The position numbers were made by a program, and so were the translations under genes. 64,000 nucleotides of DNA from an uncultured Haloferula sp. (GTDB lineage: Bacteria > Verrucomicrobiota > Verrucomicrobiia > Verrucomicrobiales > Akkermansiaceae): the NCBI GenBank assembly GCA_965652295.1, contig CBFGTS010000015.1:41086-105085 (forward strand). The letters are read 5' to 3'. Positions 28,177 through 36,993 of the stretch are shown piece by piece (the first letter of the stretch is position 1; each line of letters starts with the position of its first letter). The notes under the pieces were generated by a model, which was not told where the DNA came from, ran no database searches, and saw only the letters and a program-made list of their open reading frames with translations.

Positions 28177-29148
28177 TCAGGGAGCTGGCCTCTCGGCCGC
28201 AGCGATTTCGGGATAACCCTGCCACAGCCATTCGAGCGCGCCGGGGAGGGTCTGACGGGTGACGCGGCCATCGACATGGCCGGACTTTTTGGAGAAGACG
28301 AAACGGTAGGCGTATTCCTTTTTTTTCAGCTCTTCTGCCATCAGGCGGTTGGCCCGAACCCAGTTGTGGTAGGAGGAATCGTCGCGATCGTGGCCGTTGT
28401 CCTGCTCGCTGACGTGCAACCAGATCCGGAGCGGCTTGCGTTTCGCCCGCGGAATCAGGTTTTCATGATACTCCCAGGCACCGTGGGGCGTGCGACGGCT
28501 TTCGGGCCACTGCTGGTTGCAGTAGGTGCCGGAGTAGCTGAGAACGCGGCGGTAGAGATCCGGGCAGTACCACGCCATGGTGAAGGCCGCCGCCGCGCCG
28601 GAGCTGCCACCCATGGTCGCCCGCGCTTCCGGGTCGGTGGTCAGCCTGAGATCGCACTCCTCCTCCACGCGAGGCAGGACCTCCTTTTCCACGAACGTGG
28701 CGTAATCGTCGGAAAGCGTGTCGTATTCCAGGCCGCGCTGGCTGCCCTGGGCGTCGCCGCCGCCGGAGTCGATCATGATCGCCACCATCGCCGGCACGCG
28801 TTCCTCGTGGATGAGGGTGTTCAGGGATCTCGGCAGGACATCGTGGTACCACGAGCCGTCCTGGGCGATGATGAAGGGTGCCGGTTTCCTGCGGTCGAGC
28901 TGCTGCGGGATGTAAACGGCGACCTTCCGCTCGTAGGGCACCCTGCCCCGCTGGCCCTTGGCGATGCCTTTGTAGATCCGGCTGTCCTTCGACTTCATCA
29001 CGAAGTGCCGGATCTCGCCCTGCGGCACCCCGTCGCGGACCTGCAGCTCCGGAGCGTCCTGATAATCCGGGCCGATGACGATGTCCTCCGCGACCACGGC
29101 GGAAACAAGAGCGACGAGGGCAAGGAAAGAGAGGAGGGAGGCCTGCAT
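28177..29148 (-). CDS. secreted alpha/beta-hydrolase esterase (enterochelin esterase-like)
   Basis: Signal peptide; SQRGLEYD; GGSSGA nucleophile elbow. Confidence 0.85.
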   Translation of the reverse strand: MQASLLSFLALVALVSAVVAEDIVIGPDYQDAPELQVRDGVPQGEIRHFVMKSKDSRIYKGIAKGQRGRVPYERKVAVYIPQQLDRRKPAPFIIAQDGSWYHDVLPRSLNTLIHEERVPAMVAIMIDSGGGDAQGSQRGLEYDTLSDDYATFVEKEVLPRVEEECDLRLTTDPEARATMGGSSGAAAAFTMAWYCPDLYRRVLSYSGTYCNQQWPESRRTPHGAWEYHENLIPRAKRKPLRIWLHVSEQDNGHDRDDSSYHNWVRANRLMAEELKKKEYAYRFVFSKKSGHVDGRVTRQTLPGALEWLWQGYPEIAAAERPAP

Positions 29149-29355
29149 GTTCCCGGAACCCCACCCGACCGGTCAGGTTCCGTCAATTTCGTTCACCCCG
29201 CGCTTTCTCCTGCCAGGTGACGTGTGGGCGGGGTTCCCTTGGCCGGCCTTCCACCGCTCCGTCAACGCACAAGACGAGCCCCCGGAATTGACGGCAGCGA
29301 AACTTCACGTTCGGTGAACTTTCCGCCTGCTCTATCCGGGTGTAAGCTGGGAGCT

Positions 29356-30417
29356 ATGAAGTTTCTGGCGACTCTCCTTCTGGTCTCACCCCTTCATGCC
29401 GATTGGTTCTATCACCGGGTCCTTCCCTCCAACTCCAGCTCGAATTGGTCCCGGCTGACCCGCCATCTGACCGAAGAACCGGCTCAACGTGTTTTCATCC
29501 ACCCGCGGACCCTACCAGGCGGTCCGGACCACCCCGACCGCAACCTCGGCGTGTTCTTCACTTCCGGATCGTGGGCCGTTTTCTACGAAAACCAGGCATC
29601 GGCTCCCCCCAGTCCGCTTGAATTCTCGGTTTTCACGCCAGCTGCCGGGGACACGATGTTCCTCCACACCCATCACTCGGGAGCCCAGCCCACTTTCAAA
29701 CGCTCCTACATCGATCATCCGTCTCTCAATGGCAGTCCCGACGTGTTGTTGTTCCTTACTCACAACTGGACGGCCGGTGGCGGCACCTACAACAACCAAT
29801 TCTCACCCGTCACCTACGACCCTTCGTCGTCGAAGTGGTTCATCCACGGATATATCCCGAGCGACGAGTTCACCGACGTGCCCGACGGAGCCACATGGAA
29901 TGTGCTCGTAGTGCCGGCGGTCGATGAGACCACCTTCCGCCACACCGCAACGACCGGCAACACTACCGGCCCATCGACCACCCTCGACCATCCACATCTG
30001 AATGGAAATCCATCGGCACTGGTTCTGGTCACCAACCAATGGCCAACCGACTTCGTCGGTGCGACCTTCAGCATGATGCAGCCGACCTACGATGACTCCC
30101 TCGGCCGGTGGAAGCTGACGACGACGAGAAATGTCAGCATCCAGACCGGGTCGGTCTTTCACATTAAAGTCAGCCCGGCACCCGTGACGCCGGAGCCGAC
30201 AATCTCAATTTCCTACTCCAGCCCCACGGCCACCTTGAAGTTGCCCACCGAGTTTGGATACACCTATCAACTGAAAACCTCCCCCGACCTCGGGACCTTC
30301 AACCCCGAAGGGCTTCCATTCAACGGCAACGGGACCATCCGGTCCTACCCGACGTCCGTGGTTCTACCGGAGAATTTCTATCAGCTCCACCGCACGCTCG
30401 GCGAAGTCCAGCCCTGA
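29356..30417 (+). CDS. secreted protein with tandem (I/L)DHPxLNGxP repeats and a verrucomicrobial-type C-terminal module
   Basis: Signal peptide MKFLATLLLVSPLHA; YIDHPSLNGSPDVLLFLTHNW / TLDHPHLNGNPSALVLVTNQW; C-term YTYQLKTSPDL...NFYQL. Confidence 0.75.
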   Translation: MKFLATLLLVSPLHADWFYHRVLPSNSSSNWSRLTRHLTEEPAQRVFIHPRTLPGGPDHPDRNLGVFFTSGSWAVFYENQASAPPSPLEFSVFTPAAGDTMFLHTHHSGAQPTFKRSYIDHPSLNGSPDVLLFLTHNWTAGGGTYNNQFSPVTYDPSSSKWFIHGYIPSDEFTDVPDGATWNVLVVPAVDETTFRHTATTGNTTGPSTTLDHPHLNGNPSALVLVTNQWPTDFVGATFSMMQPTYDDSLGRWKLTTTRNVSIQTGSVFHIKVSPAPVTPEPTISISYSSPTATLKLPTEFGYTYQLKTSPDLGTFNPEGLPFNGNGTIRSYPTSVVLPENFYQLHRTLGEVQP

Positions 30418-30459
30418 CTCTGCTTTCTTGGGGCGGAGTGTCCATGATCCCGCTCCTAC

Positions 30460-33400
30460 TCACCCATCCATCCACCGCCCAAGTGCGGCTTCGAGCTTCT
30501 CGCCGCGGCGGACGCGGAAGTTCTCTCCAAGTTCCACGGTCGCGCGTTTTCCCGCGGAGTTCTGGAAATGGATCAGAACCGGGGTCTTTCCGGGATGGGC
30601 GGCAATCGCTTCACGGATCTCGGCGAGGTCTTGCTCGGAATGCCGTGCGGTCCACAAGGCCAGCTCGACGAACTTCGAATTTGCGCCGCCACCGCGGGTT
30701 TTCAGCTCGTTGATCTCCGAGCCGGTCAGCCGGCGCGAGTCGGTGCGGTCGTCGATCTGGATCGCCGCCTTGAAGCGGATCACTTTGCCGGAAACGAGGA
30801 TCCCCGCGTCGCGCGCGGGGACGAAACTTTCGCCCCAGACCATGATCTCGCGCGAGCCGGTGAAGTCCTCGACCACCAGGATGCCAAAGGGTTTGCCTGA
30901 TTTCGTGATCCTCGACTCGACGCTGCGGATCATCCCGGCGAAGGGGAAACGGTCCCGCGGATGCCTGACCTCGATCTCATCGACCAGGCCCAGCTTGCAG
31001 TAACGGTCGGAGTCGAGAACGGTGCGGAATTTGTCCAGCGGATGGCCGGTGACGTAGAAGCCGAGCAGCTCCTTTTCCATCGCCAGGCGGTCGTCCTTCG
31101 TCCACTCCTCCACTTCTACGGCAGTTGCCGTAGCGGCGGGCGTGGGCGCACCGAAATCCATCGAGTCGAACATCGAGACCTGCCCGGCGGCGCGGTCGCG
31201 CTGGGCCGAGGAGGCGCTGGCGCAGACCTGCTCCAGGCGGGAAACCATTGATGCCCGGCCGTGCCCGGTCCAATCGAAGGCACCGGCCTTGATCAGGTTC
31301 TCAAGGATGCGCTTGTTCACCACCTTCGAGTCGAGCCGGTTGGCGAAATCCTCGAGCGACTCGAACGGGCCGTTTTTTTCCCGTTCGGCGATCGCCTGGG
31401 CCATCGCGCCCTCGCCGACGTTCTTGATCGCGGCCAGGCCGTAGCGGATCGCCATCGCGCCGTTCGGCGCGGGCTCCGGGGCGAAGCGCAGCCGCGAAAA
31501 GTTCATGTCCGGCGGCAGGATCTCGATCTTCATCCGGTGGCACTCCGCGACGAACACACCGATCTTGTCGGTGTTGTTGATCTCGTTCGAGAGCAGGCCG
31601 GCCATGAACTCGACCGGGAAATTCGCCTTCAGGTAGGCGGTCCAGTAGGAGATGTGGCCGTAGCAGGCGGAGTGGGATTTGTTGAACCCGTAGCCGGCGA
31701 ACATCTCGATCTTCTTGAAGATCGCGTCGGCCAGCTTCTCGTCGATGCCGTTCGTTTCGCGACAGCCCTTGACGAACTTGTCGCGCTCCTTGGCCATCTT
31801 CTCCGGGTCCTTTTTCCCCATCGCACGGCGCAGCAGGTCGGCGCCACCGAGCGAGTAGCCGGCGAGGAGCTTGGCGGCGTTCTGCACCTGCTCCTGATAG
31901 ATCATGACGCCGTAGGTGTTGCCGCTGACCTGCTCGAGCAGCGGGTGCTCGTAGAGGGGCCGGGTGCGGCCTTTCTTCACCTCGATCATCTGGTCGATGA
32001 ACTGCATCGCGCCCGGCCGGTAGAGCGCGAGGAGGTCGATGATGTCGTCGATTTTCTCGATCTGGTATTTCCGGCAGGTCTCGACCATGCCGCCGGATTC
32101 CAGCTGGAACACGCCCATCGTCTCGCCGCGGTTGAGGATGTCGAAGGTGGCTTGGTCGGTGAGGGGCACGTCCTCGATCACGAACTCCGGCGTGTGCACC
32201 CGGATGTGCTCCACGGCGTCCTGGATGACGGTGAGGTTCTTGAGCCCGAGGAAGTCCATCTTCAGCAGGCCGACCTCGGTGATGGCGCCCATGTCGAACT
32301 GGGTGACGACTTCGCCTTCGTTGCCGCGGGTCAGCGGGACATGCTCGTCCAGCGCGCGGTCGCCGATCACCACGCCGGCGGCGTGGATGCCGACGTTGCG
32401 GGTGAGGCCCTCAAGCTTGAGCGCGTAGTTCCAGAGTTCCTGATAGGTGGTGGAGCTTTCGATCAGCTCGCGCAGCTCGGGTTTCGCGTCCCACTCCTTT
32501 TTCAGGGTGATCCCGGGCTTGGCCTCGATCATCTTGGCGATGCGGTCGGCCTCGCCGTAGGAAACGCCCATCACCCGCGCCACGTCCCGCAGCACGCTCT
32601 TCGCGCCGAGGGTGCCGTAGGTGATGATGTGGGAAACACTACGCTCGCCGTACTTCTGGCGGACGTAGTCGATGACCTCCGGCCGGCGGCTTTGACAGAA
32701 ATCGATGTCAACGTCCGGCGGGCTGACCCGCTCGGGATTGAGGAAACGTTCGAAAAGCAGACCGAACTGGAGCGGGCAGATGTTGGTGATGCCCATCGCA
32801 TAGGCCACCAACGAACCCGCGGCCGAGCCGCGGCCGGGACCGACCGGGATGTTGTGGTCGCGCGCCCACTGGATGAAGTCGGCGGTGATGAGGAAGTACG
32901 AGGCGAACCCGAGCTGGTTGATGATGCCGACCTCGTACTTCAGCCGCTCCTGGATCTCGGGATCGGCCGCCTTTTCCGCGCCGTAGCGTTTCAGAAGGCC
33001 CTCCTGACAGACGCGCATCAGGTATTCCTCGCGCGGCGAGCCATCGGGCGAATCAAACTGGGGATATTTCTCCGAGCTGGTCGAATCGAGCTTCAGCTCG
33101 ACGTTGCAGCGTCCGGCGATCTCCAAGGTGGCGTCGCAGGCTCCGGGAATCTCGGCGAAAAGCTCGCGCATTTCCGCGGCGGATTTGAAATACACCTCCG
33201 GGGTGTAGCGCATGCGGTTTTCATCGATCAGCAGCTTGCCGGTGCCGATGCAGATCATCACGTCGTGCGCCTCGTGGTCGTCGCGGTTGACGAAGTGGAC
33301 GTCGTTGGCAGCGACCGGCTTGAGGTCGAATTCCGCGGCGAGCTGGAGCAGCCCCGGCGTCACCTTGCGCTGCGGCTCCAGGCTGTGGTTGTGGACTTCG

Positions 33401-33927
33401 ACGTAAACGTTTTCCCGGCCGTAGATGTCCACCAGCTCGGCCATGGTCTCCCGCGCCTTGTCCATGTCCCCGGCGAGGAGCCATTCGTTGACCGGGCCGG
33501 AAATGCAGCCGCTGAGGCAGATGACGCCCTTCGAGAACTCGCGCAGCGTCTCGCGATCGACGCGGGGTTTGCCGTAGTAGGAGCCTTCGAGGTGGCCCTT
33601 GGAAACGAGCTTCTGGAGATTCGTCCAGCCCTCGTTGGTCTCCGCCAGCAGGGTCATGTGGCAGGCGCGCTTGCGGCCGGGAACGTCCTTCTTGTCGTGC
33701 ATGCTGCCGGGCGCGAGGTAGATCTCGCAGCCGAAGATCGGTTTCACGCCCTCTTTTTTGCAGGCCAGGAAGAACTCGATGGCACCGAAGAGGTTGCCGT
33801 GGTCGGTCATCGCCACCGCCGGCATGCCCAGTTCCCTGGCCTTGGCGGCGAGCTGCTTGGTCCGCGCCATGCCGTCGAGCAGCGAGTATTCGGTGTGGAC
33901 GTGGAGGTGGACGAAGGAGTCGGACAT
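30460..33927 (-). CDS. dnaE: DNA polymerase III alpha subunit
   Basis: FVHLHVHTEYSLLDG PHP domain, GPGRGSAAGS, PPDVDIDF, FAGYGFNKSHS; no intein seen. Confidence 0.97.
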   Translation of the reverse strand: MSDSFVHLHVHTEYSLLDGMARTKQLAAKARELGMPAVAMTDHGNLFGAIEFFLACKKEGVKPIFGCEIYLAPGSMHDKKDVPGRKRACHMTLLAETNEGWTNLQKLVSKGHLEGSYYGKPRVDRETLREFSKGVICLSGCISGPVNEWLLAGDMDKARETMAELVDIYGRENVYVEVHNHSLEPQRKVTPGLLQLAAEFDLKPVAANDVHFVNRDDHEAHDVMICIGTGKLLIDENRMRYTPEVYFKSAAEMRELFAEIPGACDATLEIAGRCNVELKLDSTSSEKYPQFDSPDGSPREEYLMRVCQEGLLKRYGAEKAADPEIQERLKYEVGIINQLGFASYFLITADFIQWARDHNIPVGPGRGSAAGSLVAYAMGITNICPLQFGLLFERFLNPERVSPPDVDIDFCQSRRPEVIDYVRQKYGERSVSHIITYGTLGAKSVLRDVARVMGVSYGEADRIAKMIEAKPGITLKKEWDAKPELRELIESSTTYQELWNYALKLEGLTRNVGIHAAGVVIGDRALDEHVPLTRGNEGEVVTQFDMGAITEVGLLKMDFLGLKNLTVIQDAVEHIRVHTPEFVIEDVPLTDQATFDILNRGETMGVFQLESGGMVETCRKYQIEKIDDIIDLLALYRPGAMQFIDQMIEVKKGRTRPLYEHPLLEQVSGNTYGVMIYQEQVQNAAKLLAGYSLGGADLLRRAMGKKDPEKMAKERDKFVKGCRETNGIDEKLADAIFKKIEMFAGYGFNKSHSACYGHISYWTAYLKANFPVEFMAGLLSNEINNTDKIGVFVAECHRMKIEILPPDMNFSRLRFAPEPAPNGAMAIRYGLAAIKNVGEGAMAQAIAEREKNGPFESLEDFANRLDSKVVNKRILENLIKAGAFDWTGHGRASMVSRLEQVCASASSAQRDRAAGQVSMFDSMDFGAPTPAATATAVEVEEWTKDDRLAMEKELLGFYVTGHPLDKFRTVLDSDRYCKLGLVDEIEVRHPRDRFPFAGMIRSVESRITKSGKPFGILVVEDFTGSREIMVWGESFVPARDAGILVSGKVIRFKAAIQIDDRTDSRRLTGSEINELKTRGGGANSKFVELALWTARHSEQDLAEIREAIAAHPGKTPVLIHFQNSAGKRATVELGENFRVRRGEKLEAALGRWMDG

Positions 33928-34014
33928 CGGGCGGCGCCCACTGTGGCGGGGCGCTCCGTCGAGGGCAAGGCGGCGCGACCCCGGGGGCGGAATTTCGAGG
34001 AAATGGGGGATCGC

Positions 34015-34569
34015 TCAGTCCCGTTTCCCGAGAACATCCAACGCCGCGGAGCGGGCTTCTTCCATGAGGTCGAGCGTTTCGTGAAGGCCACACCACTGCC
34101 GGATGTAATCCCAGTCGAGCCCTTCCGGCCCCAAGGTCGCCATGACCGCCACCACGTCATCGAAGTCCTTCCCGCGTTTGGCGGTCTTGTTCCAGCGGAG
34201 TTTCTGCACGATGACATCCTCCGGCGTCGGCAGAAAAACGAAAGAGCCTGGAAAAATTTCCAGCCGCTTCCTGCGTTCGAACCTCATGCGATCATGCGGG
34301 TCGTCGCTCAGGCGGAAGAGTTCGATCGTAAACCGGGTTCCCTCCACTTGCAGGATTTCCCGCCGTGTCGCGGTGATGGCAATCCCCGCCGGCAGGACTG
34401 TCGGGATTTTCGACCACTCGGAGGACGGGAGGTGAACCACCACATCCGCGTCTTTCGTCATCCGCGGCATGCCGTAGAAGTTCGACGAATACGACCCCAC
34501 CACCATGTAGGGCACCCCGTGTTCGTCGAAAGCGCGGAGCAGCTCAAGCAACGAATCGGTGCCGGTCAT
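34015..34569 (-). CDS. DNA pol beta-superfamily nucleotidyltransferase (DUF6036/AbiEii-like), putative toxin
   Basis: YMVVGSYSSNFYGMPRMTKDADVVV (GS...DxD), PEDVIVQKLRW, KDFDDV, LDWDYI. Confidence 0.8.
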   Translation of the reverse strand: MTGTDSLLELLRAFDEHGVPYMVVGSYSSNFYGMPRMTKDADVVVHLPSSEWSKIPTVLPAGIAITATRREILQVEGTRFTIELFRLSDDPHDRMRFERRKRLEIFPGSFVFLPTPEDVIVQKLRWNKTAKRGKDFDDVVAVMATLGPEGLDWDYIRQWCGLHETLDLMEEARSAALDVLGKRD

Positions 34570-34793
34570 CGTCCGAGTTTCTCAGCCAAGGCCAGTTGAT
34601 CTTTCAGCCTTCTTTCCCGCTCCTCGGGGCCGGCATCGGGAAAACGGGCGGCAATCCCGGCCTCAACCCATCGGCATGATTCTTCGAAAAGCTCGGCACC
34701 CGCGCGAAATTTCTCCTCCGGCGTCATCGCACGCGCCTGCTTCACCTTCGCCCGGAGGGCGAAGAGGGCGTCATCGGCGATGCGGTCTTCCAT
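34566..34793 (-). CDS. small helical protein, putative antitoxin partner
   Basis: 75 aa, RAMTPEEKF...GIAARFPDA; ATGA overlap with the nucleotidyltransferase. Confidence 0.7.
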   Translation of the reverse strand: MEDRIADDALFALRAKVKQARAMTPEEKFRAGAELFEESCRWVEAGIAARFPDAGPEERERRLKDQLALAEKLGR

Positions 34794-34889
34794 GAAGGGA
34801 GACTAGCGGGCAGGCAGGGCCTAAGCAAGCAAGCCGGAGCCGAAACCTGGAGCATTGCCGACGGCTTCCGGACAAGGCAGGCTGTCTGA

Positions 34890-36253
34890 ATGCGCCATTT
34901 TCTCCTGCTGCTGCTCCTCCTCGTCCGCGTTCATGCCGTCGATCCGCTGCCCACGGATCAAGTCCTGCTCATCGGCCGCTTCGCGAATGGGCCGGTCGAG
35001 CAACCGGTGACGGTCGATGCGACCGCCTTTGATCTTTGGTTCGCTTCCCCCGATCCCGCCGCGTGGCCGGCGGAAATCCAGGCCCGTCAGTTTTTCCGCA
35101 ACGGCGGCACCCAGCTCGAAGTCGTGCGGATCGACCCCTCACTGCCGCTCACCGATGCCCTGACCGGCCGCTTCGATCCACCCGCCCTGCGCGGCTGCGG
35201 CTGGGCGCTTCTCTTTTCCGATCTCGGTATCCTGCTGGTGCCCGAACTCGCCGACCTCCCCGCGACGCCGCGCAACGACCTCCTCACCCATCTCCGCGAA
35301 CTCGCCGACGGCCGCCATTTCATCCTCCTCCTCGACCCACCGGCCGAGGTGGACACCGCCGCCGAGGCCACGACCTGGGCCGCCGGGCTGCCGCAGGACC
35401 TCGATTTCGTCGGCGCGTTGTATCCGCACGTCCTCGTCGATCCCGGCAATGGCAATCCGATCGCGACCGGAGCCAGCGGTTCGGTCGCGCCGGTGGTTTT
35501 GCGAAAGGACGCTTCCGCCGGTGTGTGGAACGCCGCTGCCGGGACCGATGCCGCGATTCTCGTCGAAGGCTTGTCGCCCGAGCTTTCCCCAACGATGCCA
35601 GCACGCTCAACGCCGCAAACCTGTGCATCATCCGGCACTTCACCGGCTACGGCACCGTGCTCTGGGGCTGGCGCTCGCGCGACACCCTCCACTCCGACAA
35701 CCTCTATTTCTCCGTCGCCCGGCTGCGGCGCTGGCTCACTCACTCGCTGCGCCGCCGCCTCGCCGGACCCGCCGCCCTCCAGCCCGGCGACGGCACGCTG
35801 TGGACGAGTTTGCAAAGCCAGTGCGCCAGCTTCCTCGACGACCACTTCCGTGACGGCGCGTTCGCCGGCATGGCGTCCGACGACGCCTACTTCGCGCGCT
35901 GCGATGCGACCACGACCACTGACGAGGACGTCGCCCAGCACCGCGCCAACCTGCTCTTCGGCATCGCCCCCGTCCGGCCTTCCGAGTTCCAGTTCGTCAC
36001 CATCCCCTTCGATACCCTCGATCCATCCCGCCCCACGCCTGCCGGCAGCCTGATCCTGACCCTTCCCCCGAACGGCGGCTGGCGTGTCTTCCACTCCACC
36101 GCCCCCGGCTTCACCCACCGCGTCCAGACCAGCGCCACCCTCGCCCCCCTCGACTGGATCACCCGCACCAACGCCCTCGGCGACGGCGGCTGGCGCGCGC
36201 CCTCCGGCCCCGCCCTGCCGGCACCCCACTTCTTCCGCCTGGCGACCGATTGA
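34890..36253 (+). pseudogene. contractile tail-sheath homolog with signal peptide and C-terminal export-type module; split by a -1 frameshift near 35585-35591
   Basis: Frame 1: IGRFANGPVEQPV, RQFFRNGG..LEVVRI, LLDPP, ALYPHV, GVWNAAAG. Frame -1: LNAANLCIIRHFTGYGTVLWGWRS, YFSVARL, GAFAG..DDAYFARCDATTTT, GIAPVRPSEF. All are sheath motifs. Confidence 0.85.
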
Positions 36254-36351
36254 CTGCTGATCAAGGGGCCCCGGAGGAACGGGAAAAACCGGGGCAGCAC
36301 GGAACCGCTGCCTTTCGGGATCAACCCGAGACTCCAACAACCTGCCTCTTT

Positions 36352-36819
36352 TCAATCCTCGACGACCTCGACGTCGATCACCTGGCCTTTCGAATCGAAG
36401 CGGCGCGTTGGTCCACCACCGGCAGGCGGAGCGCTGGACGCCCCCGGGACCACCAGATGGATGCGGTTCTTCAGCGAATCCTTGAGCCGCCGGACGACGA
36501 CGGCGCGCACCGGCGGCGTGAGGAGCAGGAAGCCGATGGCATCGGTGAGAAAGCCGGGCGTCAGCAGCACCGCCCCGGCGATCAGGATCAAGAGCCCCTC
36601 GATGACCTCCTGATGCGGCAAGCGCCCCTCCGACAGGGATTGGCGGTAGCCTTGAAGCACCTTCAGCCCCTGCTTCTTGGTCAGCCACGCGCCCAGGAAC
36701 CCGGTGAGGACGATGATTGCCAGCGTCGCCGGCAGGCCGATCCATTCCCCCACGGTGAGAAACAGAGCCAGCTCGATCACCGGGATGGTGATGAAGAGAA
36801 TAAGAAGACGGCCGAACAT
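36352..36819 (-). CDS. fxsA: FxsA family membrane protein
   Basis: LFITIPVIELALF..VGEWIG..TLAIIVLTGFLG...QGL, GAVLLTPGFLTDAIG, VIDVE tail. Confidence 0.92.
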   Translation of the reverse strand: MFGRLLILFITIPVIELALFLTVGEWIGLPATLAIIVLTGFLGAWLTKKQGLKVLQGYRQSLSEGRLPHQEVIEGLLILIAGAVLLTPGFLTDAIGFLLLTPPVRAVVVRRLKDSLKNRIHLVVPGASSAPPAGGGPTRRFDSKGQVIDVEVVED

Positions 36820-36867
36820 CGCGCCGGGACCCTAGCACCCCTGGCGATCCGATCCAGAGCAGCCTCG
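36576..36867. repeat. ~290-bp direct repeat, copy 1 (fxsA 5' half plus upstream region)
   Basis: Colinear with 38197-38488 at offset 1621, mostly synonymous differences. Confidence 0.9.
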
Positions 36868-36920
36868 TCGCACGCTCAAGGCCACGAAACGCTGGGCCGA
36901 TGATCCCGTGGACTACCCCC

Positions 36921-36993
36921 TGAGCCGATTTCATCCGCTTTTCGGCTCATAAAAACCTCGTATGTGAGCCGAATAGCCCCCATATTCGGCTCA
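36921..36993. promoter_or_regulatory. two TGAGCCGA-N12/13-TCGGCTCA palindromes, putative Fic autoregulatory operators
   Basis: 36921-36949 and 36966-36993, the second overlapping the Fic ATG; third copy at 38531-38559. Confidence 0.65.

Noticed and set aside
30460..33927. Possible intein or split in dnaE
   Set aside because: Normal length, continuous motifs, no intein terminal or LAGLIDADG signatures
31261..34599. 1112-aa plus-strand ORF
   Set aside because: Antisense shadow of dnaE in high-GC DNA; no motifs. The same applies to 25805-27766, 44587-46647, 50688-52169, 54146-55537 and similar ORFs
35583..35591. Canonical programmed -1 ribosomal frameshift
   Set aside because: Codon phase CTT TCC CCA does not fit X XXY YYZ and no clear stimulatory element was identified
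34890..36253. Prophage or complete eCIS/T6SS locus
   Set aside because: Only a sheath homolog is present; no tube, baseplate, capsid, terminase or integrase genes in the window
35087..36934. 615-aa minus-strand ORF over the sheath and fxsA genes
   Set aside because: Low-complexity shadow frame; real homology lies in other frames
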